Shown: positions 30,663 through 44,195 of the stretch, piece by piece
Layout of the letters: each line of letters opens with the position of its first letter
Numbering within the stretch: position 1 is the first letter of the stretch
Assembly (NCBI RefSeq): GCF_009914755.1
Contig: NC_060936.1
Strand: one strand, 5' to 3'
DNA from: the human T2T-CHM13v2.0 reference genome, Homo sapiens
Length of the DNA: 64,000 nt
Program-made: the position numbers and the translations under genes
The notes under the pieces: model-generated
The model's input: only the letters and a program-made list of their open reading frames with translations
Database searches by the model: none
What the model was told of the DNA's origin: nothing

Positions 30663-33600
30663 ATGACAGGATCAAATTCACACATAACAATATTAAACTT
30701 AAACGTAAATGGGCTAAATGCCCCAATTAAAAGACACAGACTGGCAGATTGGATAAAGAGTCAAGACCCATCAGTGTGCTGAATTGAGGAGACCCATCTC
30801 ATGTGCAAAGACACATATAGGCTCAAAATAAAGGGATGGAGGAAGATCTACCAAGCAAATGGAAAGCAAAAAAAAGCAGGGGTTGCAATCCTAGTCTCTC
30901 ATAAAGCAGACTTTAAACCAACAAAGATCAAAAGAGAGACAAAATAGGCCATTATGTAATGGTAAAGGGATCAATTCAACAAGAAGAGCTAAGAATCCTA
31001 AATATACATGTACCCAATAAAGGAGCACCCAGATTCATAAAGCAAGTCCTTAGAGACCTGCAAAGAGACTTAGACTCCCACACAATAATCATGGGAGACT
31101 TTAACACCCCACTGTCAATATTAGATCAACAAGACAGAAGGTTAACAAGGATATCCAGGACCTGAACTCAGATCTGCAACAAGCAGACCTAATGGACATC
31201 TACAGAACTCTCCACCCAAAAACAACAGAATATACATTCTTCTCAGCACCACATCACATTTATTCTAAAATTGACCACATAATTGGAAGTAAAGCACTCC
31301 TCAGCAAATGTGAAAGAATAGAAATCACAACAAACTGTCTCTCAGACCACAGTGCAATCAAACTAGAACTCAGGATTAAGAAACTCATTCAAAACTGCAC
31401 AACTACATGGAAACTGAACAACCTGCTCCTGAATGACTACTGGGTACATAATGAAATGAAGGCAGAAATAAAGATGTTCTTTGAAACCAATGAGAACAAA
31501 GACGCAACATGCCAGAATCTCTGAGACACATTTAAAGCAGTGTGTAGAGGGAAATTTATAGCACTAAATGCCCACAAAGGAAAGCAGGAACGATCTAAAA
31601 TCAACGGCCTAACATCATAATTAAAAGAACTAGAGAAGCAAGAGCAAACACATTCAAAAGCTAGCAGAAGGCAAGAAATAACTAAGAGCAGAACTGAAAA
31701 AGATAAGAGACACAAAAAACCCTTCAAAAAATCAGTGAATCCAGGAGCTGGTTTTTTGAAAAGATCAACAAAACTGGTAGACGGCTAGCAAGACTAATAA
31801 AGAAGAAAAGAGAGAAGAATCAAGTAGATGCAATAAAAAATGATAAAGGGGATATTGCCACTGATCCCATAGAAATACAAACTACCATCAGAGAATACTA
31901 TAAGCACCTCTATGCAAATAAACCAGAAAATCTACAAGAAATGGATAAATTCCTGGACACATACACCCTCCCAACACTAAACCAGGAAGAAGTTGAATCT
32001 CTGAATAGATCAATAACAGGCTCTGAAATTGAGGCAATAATTAATAGCCTACCAACCAAAAAGAGTCCAGGACCAGAAGGATTCACAGCCAAATTCTACC
32101 AGAGGTACAAAGAGGAGCTGCTACCATTCCTTCTGACACCATTCCAATCAATAGAAAAAGAGGGAATCCTCCCTAACTCATTTTATGAGGCCAGCATCAT
32201 CCTGATATCAAAGCCTGGCAGAGACACAACAAAAAAAGAGAATTTTAGGCCAGTATCCCTGATGAACATCGATGTGAAAATCCACAATAAAATACTGGCA
32301 AACCGAATCCAGCAGCACATCAAAAAGCTTATCCAACACGATCAAGTAGGCTTCATCCCTGGGATGCAAGGCTGGTTCAACATATGCAAATCAATAAACG
32401 TAATCTATCACATAAACAGATCCAGTGACAAAAACCACATGATTATATCAATAGATGCAGAAAAGGCCTTTGACAAAATTCAATAGCCCTTCCTGCTAAA
32501 AACTCTCAATAAACTAGGTATTGATGGAACATATTTCAAAATAATAAGAGCTATTTATGACAAACCCACAGCCAATATCATACTGAATGCGCAAAAACTG
32601 GAAGCATTCCCTTTGAAAACTGGCACAAGACAAGGATGCCCTCTCTCTCCACTCCCATTCAACATAGTGTTGGAAGTTCTGGCCAGGGCAGTCAGGCAAG
32701 AGAAAGAAATAAAGGGTATTCAATTAGGAAATGAGGAAATCAAATTGTCCCTGTTTGCAGATGACATGATTTTATATTTAGAAAACCCCATCATCTCAGC
32801 CCAAAATCTCCTTAAGCTAATAAGCAACTTCAACAAAATATTAGGATACAAAATCAATGTGCAAAAATCACAAGCACTCCTATACACCATTAGGAGACAA
32901 ACGAAGAGCCAAATCATGAGTGAACTCCCATTCACAATTGCTACAAAGAGAATAAAATACCTAGGAATCCAACTTAAAAGGGATATGAAGGACTTCTTCA
33001 AGGAGAACTACAAACCACTGCTCAACGAAATAAAAGAGAACACAAACAAATGGAAGAATATTCCACACTCATGGATAAGAAGAATCAATATCGTGAAAAT
33101 GGCCATACTGCCCAAAGTAATTTATAAATTCAGTGCCATCCCCATCAAGCTACCAATGACTTTCTTCACAGAATTGGAAAAAACTAAAGTTCATATGGAA
33201 CCAAAAAGCCTGCATTGCCAAGACAATCCTAAGCAAAAAGAAAAAAGCTGGATGCATCACGCTACCTGACTTCAAACTATACTACAAGGCTACAGTAACC
33301 AAAACAGCATGGTACTGGTACCAAAACAGAGATATAGACCAATGGAACAGAACGGAGGCCTCAGAAATAACACCACACATCTACAACCATTTGATCTTTG
33401 ACAGACCTGACAAAAACAAGCAATGGGGAAAGGATTCACTATTTAATAAATGGTGCTGGGAAAACTGGCTAGCCGTATGTAGAAAGCTGAAACTGGATCC
33501 CTTCCTTACACCTTGTACAAAAATTAATTCAAGATGGATTAAAGACTTAAATGTTAGACCTAAAGCCATAAAAACCCTAGAAGAAAACCTAGGCAATACC

Positions 33601-34475
33601 ATTCAGGACATAGGCATGGGCAAGGACTTCAACACCAAAGCAATAGCAACACCAAAAGCAATAGCAACAAAAGCCAAAATAGACAAATGGGATCTAATTA
33701 AACTAAAGAGCTTCTGCACAGCAAAAGAAACTACCATCAGAGTGAATAGGCAACCTACAGAATGGGAGAAAATTTTTGCAATCTACCCATCTGACAAAGG
33801 GCTAATATCCAGAATCTACAAGGGACTCAAACAAATTTACAAGAAAACAACCCCATCAAAAAGTGGGCAAAGCATATGAACAGACACTTTTCAAAAGAAG
33901 ACATCTACACAGCCAACAGACACATGAAAAAATGCTCATCATCATTGGTCATCAGAGAAATGCAAGTCAGAACCACCATGAGATACCATCTCACACCAGT
34001 TAGAATGGTGATCATTAAAAAGTCAGGAAACAACAGGTGCTGGATAGGATGTGGAGAAATAGGAATGCTTTTACACTGTTGGGAGTGTAAATTGGTTCAA
34101 CCATTGTGGAAGACTGTGTGGAGATTCCTCAAGGATGTAGAACTAGAAATACCATTTGACCCAGCAATCCCATTACTGGGTATATATCCAAAAGATTATA
34201 AATCATACTACTATGAAGAAACATGCACATATATGTTTATTGCAGCACTATTCACAATAGCAAAGACTTGGAACCAACCCAAATGTCCACCAATGATAGA
34301 CTGGATTAAGAAAATGTGGCACATATACACCATGGAATACTATGCAGCCATAAAAAAGGATGAGTTCATGTCTGTTGCAGGGACATGGATGAAGCTGGAA
34401 ACCATCATTCTGAGCAGACTATCACAAGGCCAGAAAACCAAACACCGCATGTTCTCACTCATAGGTGGGAATTGA
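30663..34475 (+). pseudogene. L1 ORF2p, multiply disrupted
   Basis: ATGACAGGATCAAAT start; at least six fragments in the ORF track incl. FADD; ends SLIGGN*. Confidence 0.88.
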
Positions 34476-35875
34476 ACAATGAGATAACTTGGACACCGTG
34501 GGGAACATCACATAGTGGGGCCTGTTGGGCGGTGGGGGGCTAGGGGAAGCATAGCATTAGGAGAAATACCTAATGTGAACGATGAGTTGATGGGTGCAGC
34601 AAACCAACATGGCACGTGTATACCTATGTGTCAAACCTGCACGTTGTGCACGTGTACCCTAGAACTTAAAGTATAAAAAAAAAACTACAAATAAATTTGA
34701 TGACTATATGATCTTTAGAAGTAAAAACGTTTTCTAAATGTACTAGCAATAGAAAACGTTTCAGAGGAAAACATTTAAATATTTCTATACATCAAAAGTA
34801 TCCTAAATGTAAACAAAATACCAGAAGATATATTTGTTAACAATAGGGCAAACAAGAGGTCAATACCTTTAATACGTGGAGTCCAGATCATCTAGAAGAT
34901 AACACCAAAGATCTCAGTGGCTAAAGAGACAGAACATTAATGTGCAATTACAAAGGAAAAAAATATGATGACCAATAACCATTACAAAATGCCAAATCTC
35001 AATAGTGATTAAATCCACTCACATTAAAGTGAGATATGATTTTTCACCTCTTGAATGATAGGACTCAGTGTCTGTGAGGATGAAGTACAACAGTCAACTA
35101 CTCCAATACAAGACTATTGTAATTCTGCACTGCTCCAGCTTCCTAGAAGGCAGCTTAGCAATTGTGTTTCAAGTCTCAAAAATATTCATATGCTTTAATC
35201 CACTAATTTAGCTCTTAGGACTTTCAATCAGGAAATATTTGAAAATGGTCAGTAAAAGTAAGATTTTTTCACATACTTATCACAACATTTATGTATATAT
35301 TTATATACACACATATATACATAAACATATATATCAACCAAAATATTCTACTTCTCAACCTTCAAACAGTGGAATGTTGTGCGGCGATGAGAAAGTATGG
35401 TCATGAAGATTTTTTAAGGCACATAAAAATGCTTATGGTTTATGATAGGTTTAAGGGAAGGATAAAATATGTAAAGTGGTTTTAAATATGCATACAATGC
35501 ATACATAATCCTGAAGGAATTGTGCCCACATGTAGATAGTAGATAAATTTTTTCCTATTTAATGTTATTTTTGTTAGAAATCTTTGAGTTATGCTTGGCA
35601 GAAAATCGGTCTTCAGTCGGTTTAAACAACAGCAAAAGAGGGGGAGGTGGGATTTATTCTTTCCACCTATTTATTCTCTGAAACTGAAAATTCCAGGCCT
35701 GAGGTATGGCTCCAGTCAAAGCTAGATAACTGCAGACCAGATATTGTCAAGGGCTGTGTTTTGTTCCTTTCATCCTGTGTCAGCTGGCCTCCTGGGCATG
35801 GTGGGTCTGGACACTTCCTTGTGGTAGCAGAATGGCTGAAGCATTTCAGATGTCACATCTTCCAAGCCAAGGGAG

Positions 35876-36189
35876 GTTTTTTGTTTTTTTGTTTTGTTTT
35901 TTGTTTTTTTGAGACAGGTTCTCGCTCTGTCGCCCAGGCTGAAGTGCAATGCGTGGTCTCAGCTCACTGCAACCTCCGCCTCCCGCGTTCAAGTGATTCT
36001 CCTGTCTCAGCCTCCCCAGTAGCTGGGATTACAGGCACCTGCCACCACGCCCAGCTAATTTTTGTATTTTTAGTACAGTCGGGGTTTCACCATGTTGGCC
36101 AGGCTTGTCTGGAACTCCTGACCTCATGATCTGCCCGCCGCAGCCCCTCAAAGTGCTGGGATTACAGGCGTGAGCCACCGCGCCTGGCC
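35876..36189 (-). mobile_element. AluS, antisense, inside an MLT1-like LTR remnant (about 35570-36500)
   Basis: Reverse Alu with T/G tail. Confidence 0.93.
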
Positions 36190-38490
36190 GAGGTCTTTTT
36201 TTTAATGGCTTTCTCTATTGATGGGTGAAGCTTCTCTTTCCCATGGGCACTAACAGATGTCTCCTCACTTCTCAGTGGCTGTTACTGAGTTATGTGTCAA
36301 TCCCTGGATCAGTTGCTGAGTCCGGTGGGATGTTACATGTTTGTCTCAAACCAATCAGGTTGTACCTCTGGAGCACATCAGGGCAATCCCACCTAAACCC
36401 CAGGGCTAAAAACAGAGGAGTTCTTTCCCCTGAAGCAAAATCTGGGTTCTCTTCTAGGATGGAGAACAGACCCAGGCTAGCAAAAGCAATCAGTGTTCAC
36501 TACAAGGTACTTTCAGATTGTCCACAGTGACCTTATACTAAAGTTATGATCAGAAAAGTATTAATGTTAGAATCAGAAATAAGTTATAAACTTGAGGAAA
36601 AAGAATAAAAAGCTTCCTGCCCCTATGAAGAAATATTGAAGTATGGGAAGCACCCCAAAGAAATATGGGAACTTAACAAGTTTGTAAAAGCTCTGGGATG
36701 AATTAGAATTCATTTCATAAACCACGTGGGAGGCAGTGCCATGGAGAGGTGAGTGTGTCTTCAGAATCTTAGGAGACCCCAATTCTTTTTACTAGTTATC
36801 TAATCTTGGACATATTGCTTAATGTCTTTGAGCCTCTCTTTTCTCATCAGTAAAAGAGAGATAATATTATACTACCTTCCTCACAAGCCTGTTATGAGAT
36901 TAAACAAATATACATGTGCTAAGGTGAACAGAGAGCACTTAAAGAATGTTATCTTTATCATTAATAATAAACATTATGGAGATAATTTTTAAAAACACAT
37001 AATAAACACCCTGTATGTATTGTGCTAAGAGAGGATGACTTGATTCATCTTTTTAATTTTTCTCAGCCTTATCTAATTTTTACATATACACACAAATCTT
37101 ACTCATCTCACAAGTGTTGAGACTTAACTGCGAAAGGAAATAGATTACAGGAGAAATGTAATGCCTTCTCTACAAGCAGATTTCTTAAAGAGCAAGAAAA
37201 ACATCTTTTTTAACACTTAACTTTGGTTGCTATAATCATAGCTAATACTTATTTGGTGCTTTTCATGTATCTGAGCTTAATATTCTGTTTTTACCTGAAG
37301 TAACTCATTGAATCCTCAACAACTCCATAGGTTAGGTGCCATAGTATTCCTAATACACAAGAGAAGATATTGAAGCCCCAGTGGAGCTTGTACTCAAATA
37401 GAGAAATCTAGCCCCAGGACCATCCTGTAATCACTCCCTTTACTGCTCTCCACAGGTGACAACTGGCCTCTGTTACTATCAACAACAAGATATGGTTTGC
37501 TTGGTCCTCAGTTTCCCTTCTCTGAAACTTTTCTGTCATCACGAGCAGTCACACACCTTGAGTGCATGGTTCTGGAGAAAGTAGATGTAGGGGAAACAGT
37601 TTAAAGATGCCTCTCCAATAGTGTCTAGTACTGTGTATCAAGTAAGGAAAATTCATGGCGCCTTTAATGTGCGTCGTTGAGTGGTGAGAAATCTGCTTAC
37701 TGAGAAAGTGAAAATCTCTTACTGGGGATTATGCAGTCAAAAATACAGTGGACTAGTGGCGTGAATCTTGTGGAAATACAAGTACAAATGACTGCCAGTT
37801 TAAGGTCGTAAGATCTGAGTGTGAAAAGTGTGTGAAGCTTTTATCAGCAGAGACCTGCTGCCAGTACCAACAGTTAGCTCAGGGCACCTCTGTGCCAGCT
37901 TCACTGGCAGTGCTCAGACTCTCCCCTGCTACAGTGATTAAGACAAAAGCTAGCACCTGCTGACACTTCAATTGGTGATAGCTTTTCTGTTGCAAGGAAA
38001 TGTAGCTCCCTCATGGAGTATGAGTGAGCAAAAAACATTAACTCACAACTTAAATAATTTAGTAATTGTAGAAGGGATGTTTTCTTTGGTTCTACACTCA
38101 TTTTTTTCCTTCTACCAGAGTATGCTACTAGTTGTTCCATTTTTATGCTGTCTGAAGATACTCTTTTTTAAATAGACTTTTTTTAGAGCAATTTTAGGTT
38201 TACAGAAAAATTGCACATAAAATAGTTTCCAGTTCCTTCCCACCACCCCCTGCACCCAGTTTCTCCTCTAGTTAATGTTTTACATATGTGGATGCGCCTT
38301 CTTTTCACTTCCATCATTCCTTTTTCTTTTTAAAAAATTTAACATGCCAGACTTTCTACCACCGCTGGTATCACTTATGTGAGATTTACATCACTTTACA
38401 CACACACCTTGTTAAGTGTGAGTTCAGTTTTTAATAGTACAAGTGCAGTTATTGGTGAGTCTCATGCTACTGTGTTTGTTGTGCTTTCAG

Positions 38491-38716
38491 ATCCTATTGA
38501 TCATCGCTTCAGTTATTGGGATCATTGTCTATAGGCTCTCGGTGTTCATTGTATTTTCTGCAAAACTTCCCAAGAACATTAATGGAACAGACCCAATCCA
38601 GAAATACCTGACTCCACAGACAGCCACGTCCATCACGGCCTCCATCATCAGCTTTATAATTATCATGATTCTGAACACCATATATGAAAAAGTGGCAATT
38701 ATGATTACTAACTTCG
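38491..38716 (+). CDS. ANO6: ANO6 exon 13 (226 nt): ILLIIASVIGIIVYRLSVF...NTIYEKVAIMITNF
   Basis: tttcAG acceptor ending at 38490, GTAAGG at 38717; phase 0 to 1. Confidence 0.96.
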
Positions 38717-39767
38717 GTAAGGTCCTACTATAGCTTAGGTAACTTCTGACATATTTTTAGAACCTGCCAAAAATAGAGACTGTTATCTTTTAGGCGTTTC
38801 AATTCCAGTAGGTTACAATTTTTAGAAATTTTCAAGTGTAAACATATTTTCTCTAGCATGTATGGAAATAAATTATCTACAGCTTTGCATTAGTAAAAGG
38901 GACAAAGCAAAGACAATCATCATAACGTCCAAGCTCTCTGTAAACAGATCAGTGCTGAATAATATTTTCAATTACATTAGATCATGTACTCTATTGTTGA
39001 AAGTCAATAGTCTCTTTATTGCAAATAAGTGGAATAGGGTCATGGTTCCGGTGGCAAATATGTTCCTCGGTTGCTGAGAGGACAAGCTATCACACTGCTA
39101 CGTGTCTTCCCTGTGCTGTGCTGTTCATATTAATATAATTCTCATCAGCCCTTGATTTTTTAATGTGTTTCTTCTCTCTGGCTTGTATCCCAGGCAGCTG
39201 TTTAGTGGCCAAGTTAAGTGCTTCCCACACTGCATACGTCTGAGTCGTTCCCTGAATGGCCTGCTCGGTGATCATCTAAAATGATCAAACTGATGCAAAC
39301 TCCACACTAGGAGGATGACCTATTTTGTTTTTCCCAAATGCCTCTAGCAAGTTGTACCTTGGTTTGCTTGTTTTCTTCAATAGACCTACCTTATCGCAAT
39401 TCAGGAAAACAAGAGAATATCATTTAGCAGGCAGTTCAAAAATAATTTTCTGTCAATTATACCCATGGCAGTTCTTATTTGATAACACTGGACTTGTAAA
39501 TTTTAAGGAACAGTTGATTTTTTTGTGGGGCAGGGGGGAACATGTGGGCTATTGTATTCCTACTGTGAGGGAGAACTCATAACAATGTGCAAACTTGGAA
39601 TTAACACAGTGGCTATATTAAGGAATTCAAAACAGCTTAAATGGAAACAGTGTGAATTGTATTTTTTTAACGTGTTTAACGTGTTAACTCATGTATCAGT
39701 ATTTTTTATTAGAGTCTCAAAGCTGTTCACAATTTTAAAATCTTATTTCTCTTTCTTTTAACTACAG

Positions 39768-39937
39768 AACTCCCAAGGACCCAGACTGATTATGAGAACA
39801 GCCTCACCATGAAGATGTTCTTATTCCAGTTTGTCAACTACTACTCTTCATGCTTCTACATAGCATTCTTTAAGGGCAAATTTGTAGGCTATCCAGGAGA
39901 CCCAGTTTATTGGTTGGGAAAATACAGAAATGAAGAG
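39768..39937 (+). CDS. ANO6: ANO6 exon 14 (170 nt): [56 protein letters not shown]
   Basis: ctacAG acceptor, GTATGA at 39938; phase 1 to 0; TM5 anoctamin signature. Confidence 0.96.
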
Positions 39938-40134
39938 GTATGAATATATAATTGTATTATCTTGCCAGTTTAAGCTGAGTTTTCTCTCAGTTGCCCAAAT
40001 GAATAGTTTTTTATTGTAAATTCCTTAGATTTATTTTTTAGCCTAAACAGAACAAATGTCAGAAAAATAGAATGCCTATATTTCAAGTTAGATCCATTGA
40101 ATATTTAAATGGTATTTTCTTTTTAACCTTCTAG

Positions 40135-40232
40135 TGTGACCCAGGTGGCTGTCTTCTTGAACTGACAACTCAGCTGACAATAATCATGGGAGGAAAAGCA
40201 ATCTGGAATAACATACAAGAAGTATTATTGCC
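40135..40232 (+). CDS. ANO6: ANO6 exon 15 (98 nt): [32 protein letters not shown]
   Basis: ttctAG acceptor, GTGAGT at 40233; phase 0 to 2; TM6 with NNxxE Ca2+-site motif. Confidence 0.96.
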
Positions 40233-41079
40233 GTGAGTGTTAAATTGTATAGCCATGGGTAAAAGGACAAGGGATAGAACAGCCCATCCACACAAATCAT
40301 TTGCCTACATAGCCACATAGCCACATAGCTGCATGTCCACCTCTAAATGGATCAGAATCTGTTGTCATTAAAGGTCTCCAGACAACATAGTCCAACCAAC
40401 AATGCAAATGTATCCAGGATCTAATAATTGTATTTTAAAACCTTCATTATATTTAATGTAAATCCCCATCTGCTAGAGTTTATACCTACTGGGCTATTGT
40501 TGGTGACTGACTAATCACAACCCTTTGAGCGACAGCACTGGTTAGAGCTGTGAACTGTGTATTTCCACAATTTCTTATATCCTCATATCCTTCTCCTCTC
40601 TTTCCTATATATTATGCATTTAAAAGTCAGTATGAATTCCAGTCACTATATTAAGTGCTATATATATATATACATCATTTAATCTACCAAACTATCCTTA
40701 TTTTTATCTCCTTTTTACTAATGAAGATCTGTGGTTTAAAGAGGTTAAATGATTTACCCAGTTTCACATTAGCATTAAGAGACTACTGTAGGATTCAAAT
40801 CCAGGATCCCATGAGTACAAACTTTTAAGAATAGAGGTTCTTTCATGATCCTAAGGCACTAGGATATATAATGTTTTAAGAAATAATTGTCTAAAATAAT
40901 AATCACAAAGGCTTTGACTTACTGTTGTTTTCCTAAAAAATGAGAACAACAGAATAGTTGTACTTCAAATGTTAACTAAGATTTCATTGCCCTTTACAAT
41001 TTTCACTTAGGCCCCCTCCACTATCAAAGTGTAAAGTCCAACACCATCTGCAATTTCTGCAAATTTCAGGGAGCTTTTT

Positions 41080-41350
41080 GTTTGGGTTTTCTATTGCTGC
41101 TATAACAAATTACCCCAAGATTAATGGGATAAAAATAACATGTAATATTTTATGGTCCCGGGGGTCAGAAGTCTCACTGGACTAAAATCAAGGTGTTAGT
41201 GGGGCTGTGTTCATTTCCAAGGGCTCTGGGGTGAATCTCTTTGCCTTTCCTAGCTTCTGGAGGCCACCATCTATGCTCCCTGCCTTGTAACCTCTTCTCC
41301 ATCTTAAAGCCAGCAAAGTTTCGTGTTTGTGACTATCTTCTGTAGTCACC
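41080..41350. mobile_element. MLT1-type LTR fragment (approximate)
   Basis: 'ctattgctgctataacaaattacc...ctaaaatcaaggtgttag...ctagcttctggaggcc'. Confidence 0.65.
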
Positions 41351-42324
41351 TCTCCCGCCTTCTGTCTTCTTCCCCCTGTCCTCCTCCTCTCATCTCCCCC
41401 ACCACCTCTTCCCTTGTTTAGAAATAAAAAACCTCTACCTTTATAAAAAGTCTTTTATCCCACTATATAGCTGGGAATTTTTTAAAATTTATCACCCTTC
41501 TTTACAGGCTCTCGCCTCCTGCCATGTTGCCCTCTTGCCTCCATCACATACAACTTCTCTCTCCTTTCTTCTCCTACTCCTGGCTTTTTTCTCCCCAGTC
41601 ACCAAGTTTCTGTTCATTCTCTTTATTGAGCAGTTAACTCACTCCGGGTTTCAGTGCCTCCTTCCAGATTTCTTTAACAGGTCTTATTCTCCATCTTCAA
41701 TGGAAACTGTCAGGGTCTTTCTCTAAACAAAGATCTCTCTCCTTCCTCTTCCCCCACCCAGAAAGGGATTCTGGCTTTAGCTGTGAAATTCTTTTTTTTT
41801 TTTTATCCTACTCCGGAGAAAACAACCCTCACTTTCATTGAGCTCATATTCAGATTTTTCCAGATAAGTAAAAGTAGGTCATGCATAAATAGTACTGTGT
41901 TTCTAGATGAAAACAAATATATAAAATTGAGGAAAGTCTTAATCCATTCTGAGATTAAAAAGGGTTTTCTGAAAAAAGTAGGTTAATTATTTAACACTAT
42001 GTTTCGGTAACATTGGTTTTTAGCAGCTATTTCCTAAACTGGAATTGAGAAATTCATATGAAATGAAATTTGTTCACATGAAATATTTTAAAGGATGAAT
42101 TATACTATCCGTGGTTTATACTTTCACTTCAAGTAAGCTCATTGTTGAAAATTACAGTGATATGAACTTTGCCTTCAAATTTCTCCCCCTATGTTTTCTT
42201 GTTTGAAAACTGAGAATGCTGAGTGTTAGCCAAATTAGAGAGTGACTGGTGCTGCTTCTCTTTGTGTAGGTGCCAGTTTTCTTAACTTTTTTATACAAAG
42301 TCCTAATTTATCAAAGATATATCA

Positions 42325-42646
<322 letters not shown>

Positions 42647-43261
42647 CTATACCCACCCCCCAAAAATAGATAGAGAAAAGCCTTATAAGTCAGCAGTTGT
42701 TTTCACATCGTGTAAGTGTGTCAAGAGAAACATGGAGAAATGTTTCACCACACATGTACCCTCCTCTTCCTTCCTTCCTCTCCCGCCTTTGGGCCCATAC
42801 CCCTTGACTAGGATTCTTGCAACAAGGAAAGGAGCATATCTGGCTCAGGGATCCAGGTTCCTTTTGGGGCCTCCCCAGTACCTGGCATATGACAGGGACT
42901 CAGTATGAAGCAGCTGAGTGAATGAATAAGTGCCTTGTATGCTTCAGATACATCACATCAGTAAATTACAGAGTTGTCAGTGAGACCCGGAGAGCAAGCT
43001 CAGAGCCCTTTGGCCTTCCCAGCTCCACCTTAGTGTTTTGATATTTAAGGTATTCCTGGGGATTTTATTCTGTTCTTAATAAAAGGCTAGTATAATTCCT
43101 GTGTTAACTCACTCTGGAGAAATTTTTATAACAAAATGTCAGAGATAATAGAATTAAGGATCCAAAATGTCTGTAGTATCAATTGTTTGGTATTTAGTAG
43201 ATAGCTATAATTTTCCTTTATATACATTTATACATGTATATTGTAACATAAACGCCTCTTC

Positions 43262-43291
43262 TTATATAAATAAGTATACTTATTTATATAA
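43262..43291. repeat. Perfect 30-bp AT-rich palindrome
   Basis: TTATATAAATAAGTA|TACTTATTTATATAA, no spacer. Confidence 0.95.
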
Positions 43292-44178
43292 TAAGAAAAA
43301 AGAACTGTTTTAGGAGAAAATGTCCCTTCTCAGGATAGGATTTGGAGAGAAGATGAGCTATAGGCAATCAGAGTCCTAAATATAGGTGTCCCTCACTATC
43401 CACACTTACTCTCTAGGTTCAGAAACAGTAAACTGACACATAAAATAGATTCAGATAGTGAAGGATGCTTGTATTTCAAAATTAGCAAGTGGGAATACTG
43501 TAGAACGTCCTAAACAGAAATGATGATCATCTCCATTATGTGGATTAAATGTGATAATGGAGTTGAAGAGGAAGTGAGATGTAAAGTGCTTCTCACCATG
43601 TTTTGTACAAAATAAGGACCTAGTAAAGCATAACTTATGATGTGGCTATGACAATACACATGGTAAATTCCTATGGAAATTATTTTGTAACCCCTGCTTC
43701 TAGCCTTGGCCAGGGAAAACGTATCTGGTGTGTATATTTTTCTAAAAGTTCTGTGGGTGATTCTCATGTGAAGTCAAGATTGAGCTCCCTGCACTAGAAA
43801 CACAGACCAATAGAAAACCCAAACATGAGTGGTTCAACTCAGGAAAACCAAACAAGAGGCTCAGCATCTGTAACTCAGAAATGAAAGCTAGTAAGAAAGA
43901 CTTCTAAGATGACCTGATATGAGACGGAAGCGCCAGCTGACACAAGTAGTTGCCAGGACAGAAGTTTCATCCTGAATCTGAGCTTTGATGTGATTTAGAG
44001 CCCAGACAGAAAAAGACCTGCTTCTCTGAGGGCATGGAAAGGATTCAGCAAGAGGCGGAGGCTAGAAGTTTGGGAGGCAAAGCAAAGTATAAACAAATAG
44101 AAACCACACCCAGTGACCTTAGAGTTCGGTGTCATGAAGGGTGATGGACATGTGTGGTCCTTGGTGCTACCTGAGTCA

Positions 44179-44195
44179 CCCCCCCCCCCCCCCCC
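44179..44195. repeat. C17 homopolymer
   Basis: Direct count. Confidence 0.9.

Larger units (their letters stand above)
28571..34684 (+). mobile_element. Full-length LINE-1 (L1PA6-like, range PA5-PA7), sense to ANO6, inactive
   Basis: 5'UTR with YY1 box (28580), ORF1 and ORF2 remnants, 3'UTR ending CCTAGAACTTAAAGTATAAAA; older-type 5'UTR with an extra segment relative to the first L1. Confidence 0.92.

Noticed and set aside
38443-38733. ORF-track entries overlapping exons (also 14706, 24819, 53376, 57770) as standalone proteins
   Set aside because: ANO6 exon frames extended into intron sequence.
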